A stretch of DNA of 64,000 nt from Felis catus (Eukaryota): contig NC_058368.1 in assembly GCF_018350175.1 (NCBI RefSeq), positions 97,218,001 to 97,282,000 on the forward strand, in the 5' to 3' direction. The position numbers and the translations under genes are program-made. This document shows, piece after piece, positions 38,796 through 51,330 of this stretch (position 1 is its first letter; every line of letters starts with the position of its first letter). A model generated the notes under the pieces. That model did not search any database. It was not told the DNA's origin and saw only the letters and a list, made by a program, of their open reading frames with translations.

Positions 38796-39349
38796 TATAT
38801 TAAGCAAATCCAGTAAATAAAAATTTGATTGAAAAATGTTAAGAGGTTGTGATTCATTCTATGCTATGGGACACAATTAAATGCAAAGTTTCATTACATC
38901 TAAACCATAGTATTATTTACCTATAAAAAAATCCACTCACACTTATTTTTAAGGACTAAATCTAAATAATAAAAGGCCCATTAGATAAAACTTTTGAGTT
39001 CACCTAGTCAAATCTAGTTTTTTTACTTAGGGCATCAACATTTACTTCTATACCAATGACAACTGTATCCAAGGGTCAACAATTTGCTTTCCTGAAATTC
39101 ATCAATATTCAATGGAAAGGATTCTTTAATAACACAATCACATTTTTTAAATAGCCAATTTAGGGCAAGTAGGAATAAGTGATGAAGAAACTGAAGAAGT
39201 TATGAAGAAGTACTCTTCTATATAACTCATTAAGGTGGTAGTGAAGAACTTGCTCCTTCTAAAATCTTAGGGACAAGCCCTAATGCTACAATAGTCACGG
39301 CTGAAGAAAGTTGGGTTTGAAGTCTTAAAATAGGGGGAACATAATTTTT

Positions 39350-39623
39350 CTTTCTTTTTTTTTTTTAATGTTTATTCATTTCTGAAATACAGAGAGAGGC
39401 AGAGCGTGAACAGAGGAAAGGCAGAGAGAGAGAGAGAGAGAGGGAGACACAGGATCGGAAGCAGGCTCCAGGCTCTGAGCTGTCAGCACAGAGCCCAATG
39501 CGTGGCTCCAACCCACAAACCTTGAGATTATGACCTGAGCCGAAGTGGGACGCCCCGACTGACACCAGACTAACACTAACACTAACAGATTGACACTAAC
39601 TGACTGAGCCACCCAGACACCCC
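39350..39623 (-). mobile_element. Can-SINE with an internal hexamer expansion
   Basis: TSD gaacataattttt; ctaaca-like repeats in the head. Confidence 0.93.
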
Positions 39624-40040
39624 AGAACATAATTTTTAATATAACTCTCATGTTTTCACCTGAGAAATCTTGCAAGCTAACCTAGAGAAATCTGCCAAGT
39701 ACTGTGACTTGCTTCATTCAGTATAGCTCTCAACCCTTCATACTCAAGTGCAAGAAAATGAAAATAACACCACTCATTATATGGTGATTTTCAACAATGT
39801 ACTGTGCTAAATGCATAATCAATCACCTTGTGTATAAAGAAATACTACTTTCTAAATTACGTGGTTCAAGTAACAATTCACAAAACAATCTACCCAACAA
39901 CAAAGTGTAGTTCAAGTTTGTATGTAAAGACTACTATCAGCTATAAATCCACAAAAAAATGGAACTAGTCCAGGCAAATCAAACAAATAAAAAGCATCTG
40001 GACTTAAAAGCCAACTAACACAATAAAAAGGTAACTTTTA

Positions 40041-40252
40041 TATTTTTTTTTATTTTTTAAATGCTTATTTATTTTGAGAGCACATATGCACAAGCTGAGG
40101 AACAGGCAGAGAGAGAGGGGGAGAGAGAATCCAAAGTGGAGTCTGCACTGCAGTGCAGAGCTCTGCGTGGGACTCAATCTCACCAACCATGAGATCATGA
40201 CCTGAGCCAAAATGAGAAGTCTACACTCTGACTGAGCCACCCAAGTGCCCCC
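40041..40252 (-). mobile_element. Can-SINE (older)
   Basis: T tail, ends tgagccacccaagtgccccc. Confidence 0.9.
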
Positions 40253-40271
40253 AAAAAAGTAACAACTTTTA

Positions 40272-40500
40272 TTTATTTTTTTTTTTAATTTTTTTTTCAA
40301 CGTTTATTTATTTTTGGGACAGAGAGAGACAGAGCATGAACGGGGGAGGGGCAGAGAGAGAGGGAGACACAGAATCGGAAACAGGCTCCAGGCTCTGAGC
40401 CATCAGCCCAGAGCCTGACGCGGGGCTCGAACTCACGGACCGCGAGATCATGACCTGGCTGAAGTCGGACTCTTAACCGACTGCGCCACCCAGGCGCCCC
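40272..40500 (-). mobile_element. Young felid Can-SINE
   Basis: Perfect 18-bp TSD aaaaagtaacaactttta (40254-40271/40503-40520). Confidence 0.97.
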
Positions 40501-40607
40501 TGAAAAAGTAACAACTTTTAAAAGCCAGGTCAAAATTTCAGTTAAAATGTTCACATAATACTACACATTATAAGTATTTTTAACAACTAAACCTACTAGT
40601 GATAGTT

Positions 40608-40752
40608 GTTTTTTTAATGTTTTATTTTTGAGAGAGAAAGAGAGTGCAAGCTGACAGCAATGAGACTGATATGGGGCTCGAACTCACCAACTGTGAGATC
40701 GTGACCTGAGCTGAAGTTGGACACTCAACCGACTGAGCTACTGGGGCACTCC
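40608..40752 (-). mobile_element. Can-SINE, internally deleted
   Basis: 'ggggctcgaactcaccaactgtgagatcgtgacctgagctgaagttggacactcaaccgactgagc'. Confidence 0.85.
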
Positions 40753-41264
40753 AATGGTTTTAAATTTTACCTAAAACTGCCTGATGAAAGCAAGTGACTA
40801 AAGAAGCATTGAATACCAGAGAGGAGTAAATGAAATAATCTTGTCAGGAGATCAGTAAGAAATAAAAAATTAATTATGTAATTTAAGAAGTCAGTAAAAT
40901 AAGAAGTCAGTATAAAAAAACTATATAAACTTATTTTAAAAATGCTTACGCATTTCCAAAAATACTAAATTTTAAGCTTTTGTAAGTGTTAAAAAATTAC
41001 CCTAATTCTGTAGTTAAAAGATAAAGGTAGTAATTATTCTAAAAATCAATATAAATTAAAATACAATTTAAAGACTTATATGGGTCATATATAGGAATAT
41101 CTTTTTTAAAAAGGCAATAATAGTGGATAAAAGAAATTTGCAAAATTTAATTTTAATCTGAAAACAATTACTGTAAGACTATTTTAACCCATTTGTTAGG
41201 AGACCATTATACATTATTATTACTATTTCTTTTCTATTATACCTAGATAGTCACTTGATAGTAG

Positions 41265-41440
41265 TGGGTAGCTCAGTTGGTTAAGCAACCAAGTCTTCAT
41301 TTTGGCTTAGGTCATGATCTAAGTCGTGAGATCAAGTTCCACATCGAGCTTATCGTGGATGGAGCCTGCTGAGGATTCTCTTTCTCCACCTCCCTCTGCC
41401 CCTCCCCCACTTTCTCAAAATAAATAAACATTTTTTTAAA
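41265..41440 (+). mobile_element. Can-SINE (diverged)
   Basis: tgggtagctcagttggttaagc head, aataaa tail. Confidence 0.85.
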
Positions 41441-42103
41441 TGAGCCAAACTGTGTTTTAATTTTTAAAAAAGTCAATAATACAGGATAGAAATCTAACTT
41501 TTGTTTAATATTTTAAAATATTTTCTACATAGTTTCCCCAAACATTTACTATCATTCTGACTAGCATTAAAGCTTTTAAGAAGGGCTTAATCTAGGCCAA
41601 CAATAAAAATAAATAAATAAGAATGAAAATGGTCAGAAATAACCACTCATATATCACACATGCACATGTATTTATAACAAGATTACTTTTAGGTCACACA
41701 TTTAGTTTTTCCTTACAACTTGATACTGGATACAAAAAACTCTAGAAGTCATAAATAAAGAAAACAAAGTCCCCTCTCCTTGCCAATATGGGTATACGAC
41801 TGCAGTAGATTTAAGTTAGATACAAATATATATTACATACATGTCTCTACTAGTATATAAAATGTCAGTAAATATTTTTCCCAAAAGGGTGGGGAAAATT
41901 TGCTCTCTGAAATTGAAAGTTTTTGTTCACGAAAAAATATTTAAATAGCCCCAGTTAGAAAAATATGTTGTTGAAATTATAGTTATATTCTATTTCAGTT
42001 GTTTCCATATGACTAGTTTATCACATTCAATAAGCCTTTTTGATGAATAAACTAAAAATGTGTGCTGTGCCAAAATTCCATGCACCTTTTTCAAAATTAG
42101 GGC

Positions 42104-43872
42104 TACTACACAAAGCAATCTACAGATTCATTGCAATCCATATCAAAATTCCAGAGGCATTTTTCAAAGATATAGAACAAACAATCCTGAAATTCGTAAG
42201 GAGCCACAAAAGACCCCAAAAGCCAAAGGAATCCTGAGAAAGAAAAACAAAGGGGGAAGCATCATACTCCCTGATTTCAAACTGTACTACAAAGCTATAG
42301 TTATCAAAATAGTATGGTATTGGCATAAAAAAAGACACAGAGATCCATCAAACAGAATAGAGTCCAGAAATAAACCCACACATGTATGCTCAATTAATCT
42401 ATAACAAAGGAGGCAAGAACATTTAATGGGAAAAGGACAGTCTCTTCAATAAATGACGTTGGGAAAACTGAAGAGCCACACGCAAAAGAATGAAACTGGA
42501 CTGCTATCTTATGCCACTCACAAAATTAATTCAACATGGATTAAAGACGAGTGTAAAATGTGAAATCCATAACACTAGAAAGAAAACAAAGGTGGTAAGC
42601 TCCTTGACATCAGCCTTGGCAATGATTTTTTAAATCAGGCACCAAAGGCAAATACAAAAAAAACAAAACTAAACAAGTGAGGCCACATCAAACTAAAAAG
42701 TTTCTGCACAACAAAGAAAAGCATCAATAAAGTGAAAAGGCAACCCCCAGGATGTGAGAAAATATTTGTATGTCAGATACTGATAAGAAGTTAATAACAA
42801 AAATAAAGGACTCCTACAACTCAACAGCAAACACACACACACACACAATTTGAATAAAAAGGGGGCAAAAAAAATGGGCAGAGGAAGTGAACAGACTCTT
42901 TTCTAAAGAAGACATACAGATGGGCCATCAGGCATATGAGAAGATGCTCAATATCATTCATCATTAGGAAATGCAAATCAAAACCCCAAAGAACTGCCTC
43001 TTCACACCTGTTTGAACAGCTATAATGAAAAAGACAAGAAATAAAAAGGGACACAGATAGGGAGAAAAGGGAAGTATCATGCACTGTTGGTGGGAATGTA
43101 AATTGGTGCAGCCACCATGAAAAAAGGTATAGAGGTTCCTCAAAACAGTAAAAAATAGAATACCATAAGATCCAGTAATTCCATTTCTGAATATTTATCC
43201 AAAGAAAACAAAAAGACTAACTTCAAAAGATGCACCTGTGTTAACTGCAGCATTATCTACAATAGCTAAGACATGGAAATAACCTAAATAGACATCGACG
43301 GATGAAAAAAGAAAATGTGGTGTGTATATAGACAGTGGAATATCATTCAGCCATAAAAAAGAATGAAATCTTGCTATTTGCAACAACAGGGATGGACCTG
43401 GAGGGCATAATGGTAAGTGAAATAAGTCACACAGAGAAAGGTAATTATCATTTGATATCACTCATGTGGAATCTTAAAAAAAAGAAAAGGAAAGGAAAAA
43501 AAAAAAAAAAAACCACAAGCTCACAGATACAGAGAACAGGCTGGTGGCTGTGGGGTGGGCAAAATGGGTGAATGGGGTCAAAAGTCACAAACTTCCAGTT
43601 ATAAAATAAATACCTCATGGGGATGTACTATAAAGCATGGTGACTGTAGTTAATAATTCTGCAAAATTACAAATACCATATATTAAAAAGTTGCTAAGAA
43701 AGTTTATCTTAAAAGTTCTTATCAGAAGAAAAAAATGTTTTAAGTATGTATGAGGGATGTTAGGTAGACTTATCATACAGTGATTATTTTTGCAATGTAT
43801 ATAAATATCAAATCATTATGGTGAACACCTGAAACTAATATAATCTTACATTCCAAGTATACCCTAATACAA
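42104..43872 (+). mobile_element. 5'-truncated L1 (ORF2 3' part + 3' UTR), antisense to DTWD2
   Basis: Frameshifted ORF2 peptides (KAIYRF..., [21 protein letters not shown]); degenerate TSD caaaattagggc/caaaactggggc. Confidence 0.92.
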
Positions 43873-43914
43873 CAAAACTGGGGCAATTAATAGTAACACT
43901 TAAATCATAATAGC

Positions 43915-44499
43915 TGAGTTCAAGTTTAGTACCTAAGTAATTTATTTAGTTCCCTTATTCTGCTATATTATTCTATGAAAAAAATAAATTCAATCTAAAC
44001 TACTTGGTGACCATTATTACTTCAAACTATAAAGTTTATGTACAATATTGCATATTGACATAAGTATCCTCTATTATATACACCTAATTATCTATTAACA
44101 TTCATGAAAACAATACTGTCCCAATCAGGTACAATAATTTCTTTCCATTTTACATAAAAAAACAAAAAAAACAAAAAAAACAAAAAAAACCTTCTAACCT
44201 CACTCAACAACTAATTTCAAACACATTCCAAACTATGGATCTGGAAAAATGTATTAGAGGCACATTTTTTTTTTTTAAACAAACTCAGTATGAAACCTTG
44301 GTTTTTACTGGGTCAGCGAAAATTTTTTTTTTTGTTTGCTTTTTTATGGCTATTTGCTTGACTTCCTTCTTCTGCTGGGCAAGTTTAGCATGCAACTCTC
44401 ACTCTAGACAACCAAAAACCCACAGACTTAAATTTTCTGAAAACTTCACCTGGTTTTATCAGCGGAAGACACCATAACTAGCACCACGGAACAACAGTA
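43915..44499 (-). other. DTWD2: Proximal DTWD2 3' UTR (true 3' end unknown)
   Basis: Unique AT-rich sequence directly after the stop codon, running to the first AATAAA I noticed on the minus strand. Confidence 0.55.
43941..43946 (-). terminator. Candidate polyadenylation signal AATAAA
   Basis: tttatt on the + strand ~555 nt after the stop; GU-rich sequence (gttttgttgtatt) lies ~65 nt further downstream on the minus strand. Confidence 0.35.
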
Positions 44500-44670
44500 C
44501 TAAATTTTAACACTGTTCATTAACAGTTCCATTTTCCTGAGCTTGCGTTTGTTCTTTGGCATTGGCTTAGGATATAATCCATTTTTCAGAAGGTGTTCCT
44601 TGCTGAGGCGAATTTGAGCACCATGCTGCAGCTGGAAAGAGCACAAAGCTTGAAGAGGGCGAAGCAAAGT
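44500..44670 (-). CDS. DTWD2: DTWD2 terminal coding exon ([10 protein letters not shown]...[14 protein letters not shown])
   Basis: Polypyrimidine tract plus cag|ACT acceptor at 44671/44670; 56 codons then TAG at 44500-44502. In frame with the upstream exon (5557 nt intron); matches the recalled DTWD2 C-terminus. Confidence 0.95.
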   Translation of the reverse strand, partial: TLLRPLQALCSFQLQHGAQIRLSKEHLLKNGLYPKPMPKNKRKLRKMELLMNSVKI

Positions 44671-45599
44671 CTGTGAAGATAAAAAAAGACAGGGTCTGTA
44701 ACAAATCATCATATTCTATTTAGCTTTTTCTTCAGAAACAGGGATTATTATGTTTATTTTTATTATTATTGGCTTTTTACCATGAAAAGTAACAGGCACT
44801 CTACTAAATATAAATATATGACATCCAAATATACAATTTCTTTTAACTCATACCTTACATACTGCTAAGGAGTTCCAGTAAAAAGACACAAATAGTTAAT
44901 TTCCCATACAGATACTAAAGTCCAAATCTACATTAATACATTCAAACACCTCAAGAAACTGTTGCCATTATAACATTTAAATCTGTAACAAATAGAGTAA
45001 AAGAGACCTTTAGACACAAATTAGTTAATTTGGTTTCAATCACAGACTGATGCAAGCTTCCTGTTACCTGTAACAATCAGATGAAGGTTCACAGGTTTAC
45101 GAATTCTCTCACAATGGTCCAAGGACTACACACAAGTTAGATACCCAAACCTGGGGTTTTTCTGACTGTATCTGTACTTGTCTACATTCAAATACCTACA
45201 GAACCAGCCATATAACATAAACATTTAAGCCAGGTGGACCCATACGATAACAAATATGGTAGAAGTTAAAAAACAACTAGAGCAAATGCCCTACCTAAAG
45301 TTTTTCAAGGTCAAAAATAAAAATAATTTAAAACACACACACACACACACAACAACAACAAAAAAACCCTACTATGTCATGCATTTAAAACATTTTGAGT
45401 CAGATAATTTCCTGGGGCCTGAGACCCCTGATTTAAATCTTCCAAATAACAATAGCAAACGTGACTAAGGAAACTGTTTGTTTGTTTGTTTGTTTGCTTG
45501 TTTTTTAGAAATAAAAGGAACAAAGAAAAAAAACTGATAGATTTAATTGCAAAAATGTCACAATGTCTATGTGAAAATCTATTCCCTTTCACATACAAG

Positions 45600-46100
45600 G
45601 TAAGTGGCAGCAAAGAGCTTAAAGGTTTTAATTTTACAATGAACTCAGACATCGTGGCAGTCACTGGTGGTTGCTTCTCCACACTCATTCTTTTCTTCCT
45701 TATCATTCCAAATGTCATTCAAGGTGCCAATGTATCCAGCTAGTAATACTAACTGGCTAATGACACAGTCCATATAAGGAAAGGTAAGTTGAGGTCCTTG
45801 GGTGGGACTTCCAGAAACACTCTTTAAAATGGGACAGACTCAGCAGGCAGGGGCTTTTGTGCTTTCTTCTTGCCTGGAACAGGACTGTTAGAGGTGGGAT
45901 AACCATCATGTGACTACAATGCAATAAAGACAAAGATTAAAGTCAAATACATATGATGATGGGCAGAAAGAAAGAAGAAATCCCCAGCCCTGGACTGCTC
46001 ACCTCACATTACTTATTTACAGGAGAAAAAGAAGCCTCTATATGCATGGTTCAATCCCCACAATAAAGGCTCTGTTACATGCAATCAAATTGACATACCC
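45600..46100 (+). mobile_element. MLT1-type LTR relic
   Basis: 'gggacttccagaaacactcttt...aaccatcatgtgacta...ccagccctggactgctcacctc...ctgttacatgcaatcaaa'. Confidence 0.55.
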
Positions 46101-46539
46101 CAATAGGTAAGAGATAAACATCGTGGAAAAGTTCTGCAGGACATTATCTTGGAAAGCCCCATCTGTATGTTATCATAATTTCCTTTAATGTCTTCATTTC
46201 TTCAAATAAGAGAGGGAATGTGGAAATGACTATATATTTCCTTCCTGAGTAAACATAGTGGACTGACTGGATTCTGAAACATCATCCCTAGAAAACATAC
46301 CTAGGACATTATACAGATGGAGACAACTGAAGGAAGGTTCTATTGCTATTTAAGACATTCATTAGATTCTTAATGGACAGAATGCTAATATTCCTATTGT
46401 TAAGGGCCTTCAACTTTTATCTCCTGAAGATAAGACTCTACCAATTCTCTGAGGTAATTAAGAGAATGATTTTTGGAGACAGATCTGGATTAGACCCGTA
46501 CTCTATCTGTGTGATCGTCAATACTTCTGTTCACAAATA

Positions 46540-46910
46540 GACCGACCCTCCTTCTTGCTGCACAGTCTGACTACATTTTCCAAACGCCCTTTGATGTTAG
46601 GTATGGCCATTATGACTTACTCTGGTTAAGGAAACGCGAGCACGAATAACATGTGTCACCTCTGGGCAGTAGCTCGAAAGCACGTACAATGCACCACCTC
46701 CCTTTATGCTTTCCTTGATGAAAGGAGAATGACCTATCTACACAGTGCCTCCATCAGCCCGGGCCCCTAAGCAACTGCAGCGAGCACAAGTCATCCCGCT
46801 AATCTCCCAAAGACAGTGAGAGAGAGGCACAAACCACTGTTGTGTTGTGCCATTCTGATTTTGGAGTGTTAGGTTACTGCAGCTGCATCTGGCCTGTCTT
46901 GACTGATGTA
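46540..46910 (+). mobile_element. MLT1-type LTR inserted in a MIR
   Basis: 'gactacattttccaa...gttaggtatggccat...tgtgtcacctctgggc...gttactgcagc'; the MIR core 'cctcattttcttcatctataaaatgagga' follows. Confidence 0.6.
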
Positions 46911-49900
46911 ATCACTTGCTGGCTAGGTGTTCCCGGATAAGCCACATAAACCTCTCCTTGCCTCATTTTCTTCATCTATAAAATGAGGAAAACACTGTCA
47001 ACCTTACGACATCATTATTAGGTTAGTTACACTAAGAGCACTAAGAGGATGCATTGAACATGTTCGGCACACTGCATGATAATAAGTGATACTGCTTCTG
47101 TATAAACTAACAACATTATATCTGAGGCAACGTGAAGCTATATATTTGTTCAGAGGAACAAAGAAATAAGTTTGTTTCTAAAAATTTATTCGGGGCGAAA
47201 TCAGTGTTTTTTAAACCCTTTTGTCTGCAGGTATAAAGTGACAGTTCTGAACGGCCCATGATTACCAACTACTGGCACTTAGACTGTGCACAAAGCTTCT
47301 ACCACATCTAGCTATACAGGTTCATAAGCAGAAACGGTTCTATTATTTAAAAAATACCCAAGCTTGAGCTTTCCAAGGTGTGAAAAGCCCTCATAAATTT
47401 TATAGTAACTGAATGAAAATCACCAATCTTTAATTCAAAACTTTTGTCAATTTATGGGGAAGAACAGGGGTGTGGTGGGGGAGTGGAGCGGGCAAGAAAG
47501 AACAAAGGGGTTAATTCTTCTGGAGTGCCTGGTGTCAGGCGATTAACAAAAATTACTCCATCCAATTCTCACACCAATAGTAAGAGGTAACTCTTTCTGG
47601 TGTATTATAGATAAGCAAACAAGCACAGGAGATTATATGAACTGCCCACTGGCACAAAGTGGTGATGGTAAGTGATGAAGGTTTAATTCAAACCTGCTTC
47701 AAAGCTCACACTGTGCTACTCAGAGTGTGTGAAAAACTGCTCAGGAAGAAAGGACAAGGATGAATCAGCAGACTAAGAAGGCTATTCCATGCCAAGCTCT
47801 TTATTTTGAGGAGCCTTATCTACCTCCATAGAATAAAGCTAGCTGAAGAATTACCACTCTCCCCCACTGTATTGGTGTTTCATTAGGAGACCCCTTAAAA
47901 AAAGGTTACCAAGGAAAAAAACGTGTGTCATATCTTTCCTCCCCAGAAAGGAGAGAAAACACCTAAGTTCAGAACAGCTGGTAATTGTATTTCCCAGGGG
48001 AATAAAATGGTATTTTGTTTAAATTGTAGCTAGATGTGAACAGGCTGGACTTGGGATTCTCCACCGAGAAAGCTAATTTTTGGTCAGCTGGAATAATAAG
48101 CAATGTGGGATGGTCCATTATGCATTTCTTCAGCTCATGCTCCAGCCAATAATCTTATCAGCACCTTCCAAATCCCACGTCTGATTGCCAAACATCCTTT
48201 TTCTACTCCTGGTCACTAAAGTATGACTACTCCTGGTGACCAAAGCAAACAGAATGTGAACTTTAGGACCTCACCATGACTTTGGGATTTCATATTCAGC
48301 TTGATCCACAGACAACAATAACAAAAGCTGAAGAGATGACAGACCCTGTCATCCTTCTGTATCTTGAACTTTGCCTGTTATCAGACCTTATACTCAGAAC
48401 ATAAGATAAGCTTCCCTGCTGCAACGGTACACTGACTAATACCAGAATCATATATCTTATGAAACTGGGAAGGGTGGAGCAGTAGCAGGACAAACGCCAT
48501 CCCAAACCCTAGCCCTACTGTATTACAATGTTATGAAATCCACCACCACTAAGAACATTAAAGCTTGTTTAGAACTTAAGTAAAGATCTGATACCAATTG
48601 TAGAAATAAGACATACAAATCCACAGACAATTCTTTTCAGAACCCAGAGAAGGAGAGGGGATAAAGTTTCAAATCCAAAGCCAAAGAATATTACATTTTT
48701 CCCCTCAAGATTTGAGCTTTTAATGGGTCCTTGGTCTGATGTTGGCTGATCTAGAGTTTTACATCAACAAAAAGGAAACTACAAAGATTGTTCAGAAAGC
48801 AAGTTTAAACAATAGCGTAAAATAAGCTGTAAAATAAGATACCTAGAAACAGTATATTATCTGTGTTCAAGAAGGTATAAACAAAAAAGAGAAAGGACTA
48901 TACAGGTGTATTAAACGCTATGTCAATGTTTAGGTACATGCGAGCAGATGGCAAGGTTACAGTGGAGGCAGAAAGTCAGGGAACACTCTCTGCTCATTTG
49001 GAATAAAGATCTAGGGCCCCTCATGATTTTTTTTTCTCAAAGGAGAGAGAACAGTGAAAGAGAAATTGCCTAGACCCAGTACAAAGTCTACTTACACCGA
49101 TACGCATAGGAAAAAAACCTACTCAAGAAAGCCTACTTCTTTCAAAAGAAGGAAAGCCTCCAACTCTGCAGAGCATTTTCCATAGCTTAGGGTAGGGAAG
49201 AGGGAAAAAGCAATTCAAGGCTTGCTTCTGGCATTCTTTCACGCTCTGTGTTCTGGGGGTCTTTTGTTCTTTTTCTTGGTAACCAATTCAGTTACTGTGA
49301 CCTGAGCTTTTATCCATCAATGAAATTTCCTCAATGAGTAAGGCACATTCTTATAATAATAGTAACCATAGTGTATAATGAGAGAGAGAGAAAGAAGGCA
49401 GGAATAAGTACTATGTGTGTGTGTGTGCTCGTCAGAAGGGAGAGTTATAAAACTCCATTTAGTTACGCTCATTATCCTCTGACTTATCTTCTCAAGTTGT
49501 ATTTATCGAAAACCTTCCTTCGGTGATTAAAAAACCCTAACAATTTTTTATTTTGCTATTCTTTCTTCTTTGGCCTTAAGTGCAGTTTCCTACACACTCC
49601 AAAAGACTAAGACGTTTGTGGGCTCATTGAACGTTATTCTTTACTGATGATTAATTATATATGAAATCATCAGGCTTTCATGGAAATTAAATAAAATGAT
49701 GATTGCAGGTTATAACCTTTTCATATTCTGCAGGTGTTTTTTCTCAAAAACTTGTCTTTTTTATGCTCTCAGCAAGTAGTTAATAAGATACACAGAAAGT
49801 TGGTACATTCTCAAAAACACCAATGCAAAAAAAAAGCTGCTGTAAAACGTTCTTTTAATTAAAAAGAAAAAAAGTTGTGTACAAGAAAACACAAAATCCT

Positions 49901-50227
49901 AAAAGAGAAATACAAAATAATAAAAGAAAAATCTAACAAAAAAAACTGTATTTAATGTTGTGCTACTTAAAGGCAATTTAGCTTATTATAAATGCTGTTT
50001 GCACAGCTTAGAATGAATATTTAAATAATACAATCTGGATGCTGAACTAACGCAGAAAAACACCAGAGGGGGAAAGAAGGTTATAACAGTACACAAATTT
50101 CTATTACAGATACACTCTATTTGACACTGGAGCTGCAAATTTCATAGGTTATGCGTTTCTAAATTTCTAGATAAAATCTAACCAAACTGCTTACTTTCAA
50201 AAACAATATAACCTTCCAAAGACATAC

Positions 50228-50356
50228 CTCCTGTATGTAATCATTTTTCTCCAAAATGGAAAGAGCAGCAGCTGCACATTCCAGGGTAGAAAGGCACCTA
50301 TTAGTCGGTTGTGTCCGAATTACATACTGACTAGAAACGCTAGTTTTTAACTGCAC
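50228..50356 (-). CDS. DTWD2: DTWD2 penultimate coding exon (43 codons: [43 protein letters not shown])
   Basis: Minus strand reads ...tttggtttcag|GTG...GAG|gtatgt. The 129 nt exon is phase 0/0 and open. The peptide carries the DTW-domain C-terminal 'LSTLE' motif and closely matches my recollection of mammalian DTWD2. Confidence 0.95.
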
Positions 50357-50422
50357 CTGAAACCAAAACACAGAAAAACAGAATGTAAGTTTTGTTTTAA
50401 ATTTAAAATTATACAGTCTGTG

Positions 50423-50625
50423 GGGGTGCCTGGGTGTCTCAGTCGGTTGAGCGTCTGACTTCAGCTTGGGTCACGATCTTGCAGTTCAAGAGTTCAAGCC
50501 CCGCATCGGGCTCTGTGCTGACAGCTTAGAGCCTGGAGCCTGCTTCGGATTCTGTGTCTCCCCCTCTCTCTGCCCCTTCCCTGCTTATGCTGTCTCTCTC
50601 TCTCATAAATAAATAAACTTTAAAA
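50423..50625 (+). mobile_element. Can-SINE, antisense, 66 nt upstream of a DTWD2 splice acceptor
   Basis: TSD aaaattata(c/a)agtctgtg (50405-50422/50626-50643). Confidence 0.95.
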
Positions 50626-50779
50626 AAAATTATAAAGTCTGTGTTTTAAATACTAGTTCACTTCCTTCCAAAATCGCCAGTTTAAAAATATTAAATGTAT
50701 TAATATCTTCTATACATAATATCCTCTAGTTATTGTTATTGTTAAATACTCAGAGGACAGTTACACATATATCTCACAA

Positions 50780-51330
50780 TGAAAATATAACCAGAGTATA
50801 TGCAAATTACTACAAATCAAAAATTAAAAGACTAATAACCCCTTCCCAGGAGGCACAAGTGTGAAGACACCGCACCAAAGAAAATATAAGAAAGGCAAAT
50901 AGGTACATATAAAAGCACTCAACACAGAGCGCCTGGGTGGCTCAGTCGGTTGAGCAGCCGACTTCAGCTCAGGTCATAATCTCACGGTTTATGAGTTCAA
51001 GCCCCATGTTCGCTTGGTGCTGACAGCTCACAGCCTGGAGCCTACTTCAGAGTCTGTGTCTCCCTCTCTCTCTGCCCCTCCCATGCTCATGCTCATGCTC
51101 TCTCTGTGTCTCTCAATAATAAATTATTAAAAAAAATTTTTTTAAGTGCTCAACACGACTAAATGCAAATTAAAATCACAATGAGATAACTTTTCACACT
51201 TGCTAGAACAGTTAAAATCAAAACGACTACCACCACCAGATGGGGAGAATATGGAGCAAATGAAACCCTCATGCACTGTGGTAGAAGTGAAAACGATTTA
51301 ATCACTTTGGAGAATTGACAACTGGGTTTT
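50780..51330 (+). mobile_element. Old L1 fragment containing a Can-SINE (50927-51143)
   Basis: 'aaatgcaaattaaaatcacaatgagataac'; SINE TSD aag..ctcaacac. Confidence 0.8.

Noticed and set aside
44446..44502. Possible stop-codon read-through of DTWD2 (17 open codons after TAG)
   Set aside because: The TAG-TAC context is not a known leaky motif (e.g. TGA-CTAG), and the length is expected by chance.
44671..44712. N-terminal extensions of the ORF-track calls at 44500-44712 and 50159-50371
   Set aside because: These are intronic sequence read in frame past the splice sites; the exon boundaries are 44670 and 50356/50228.
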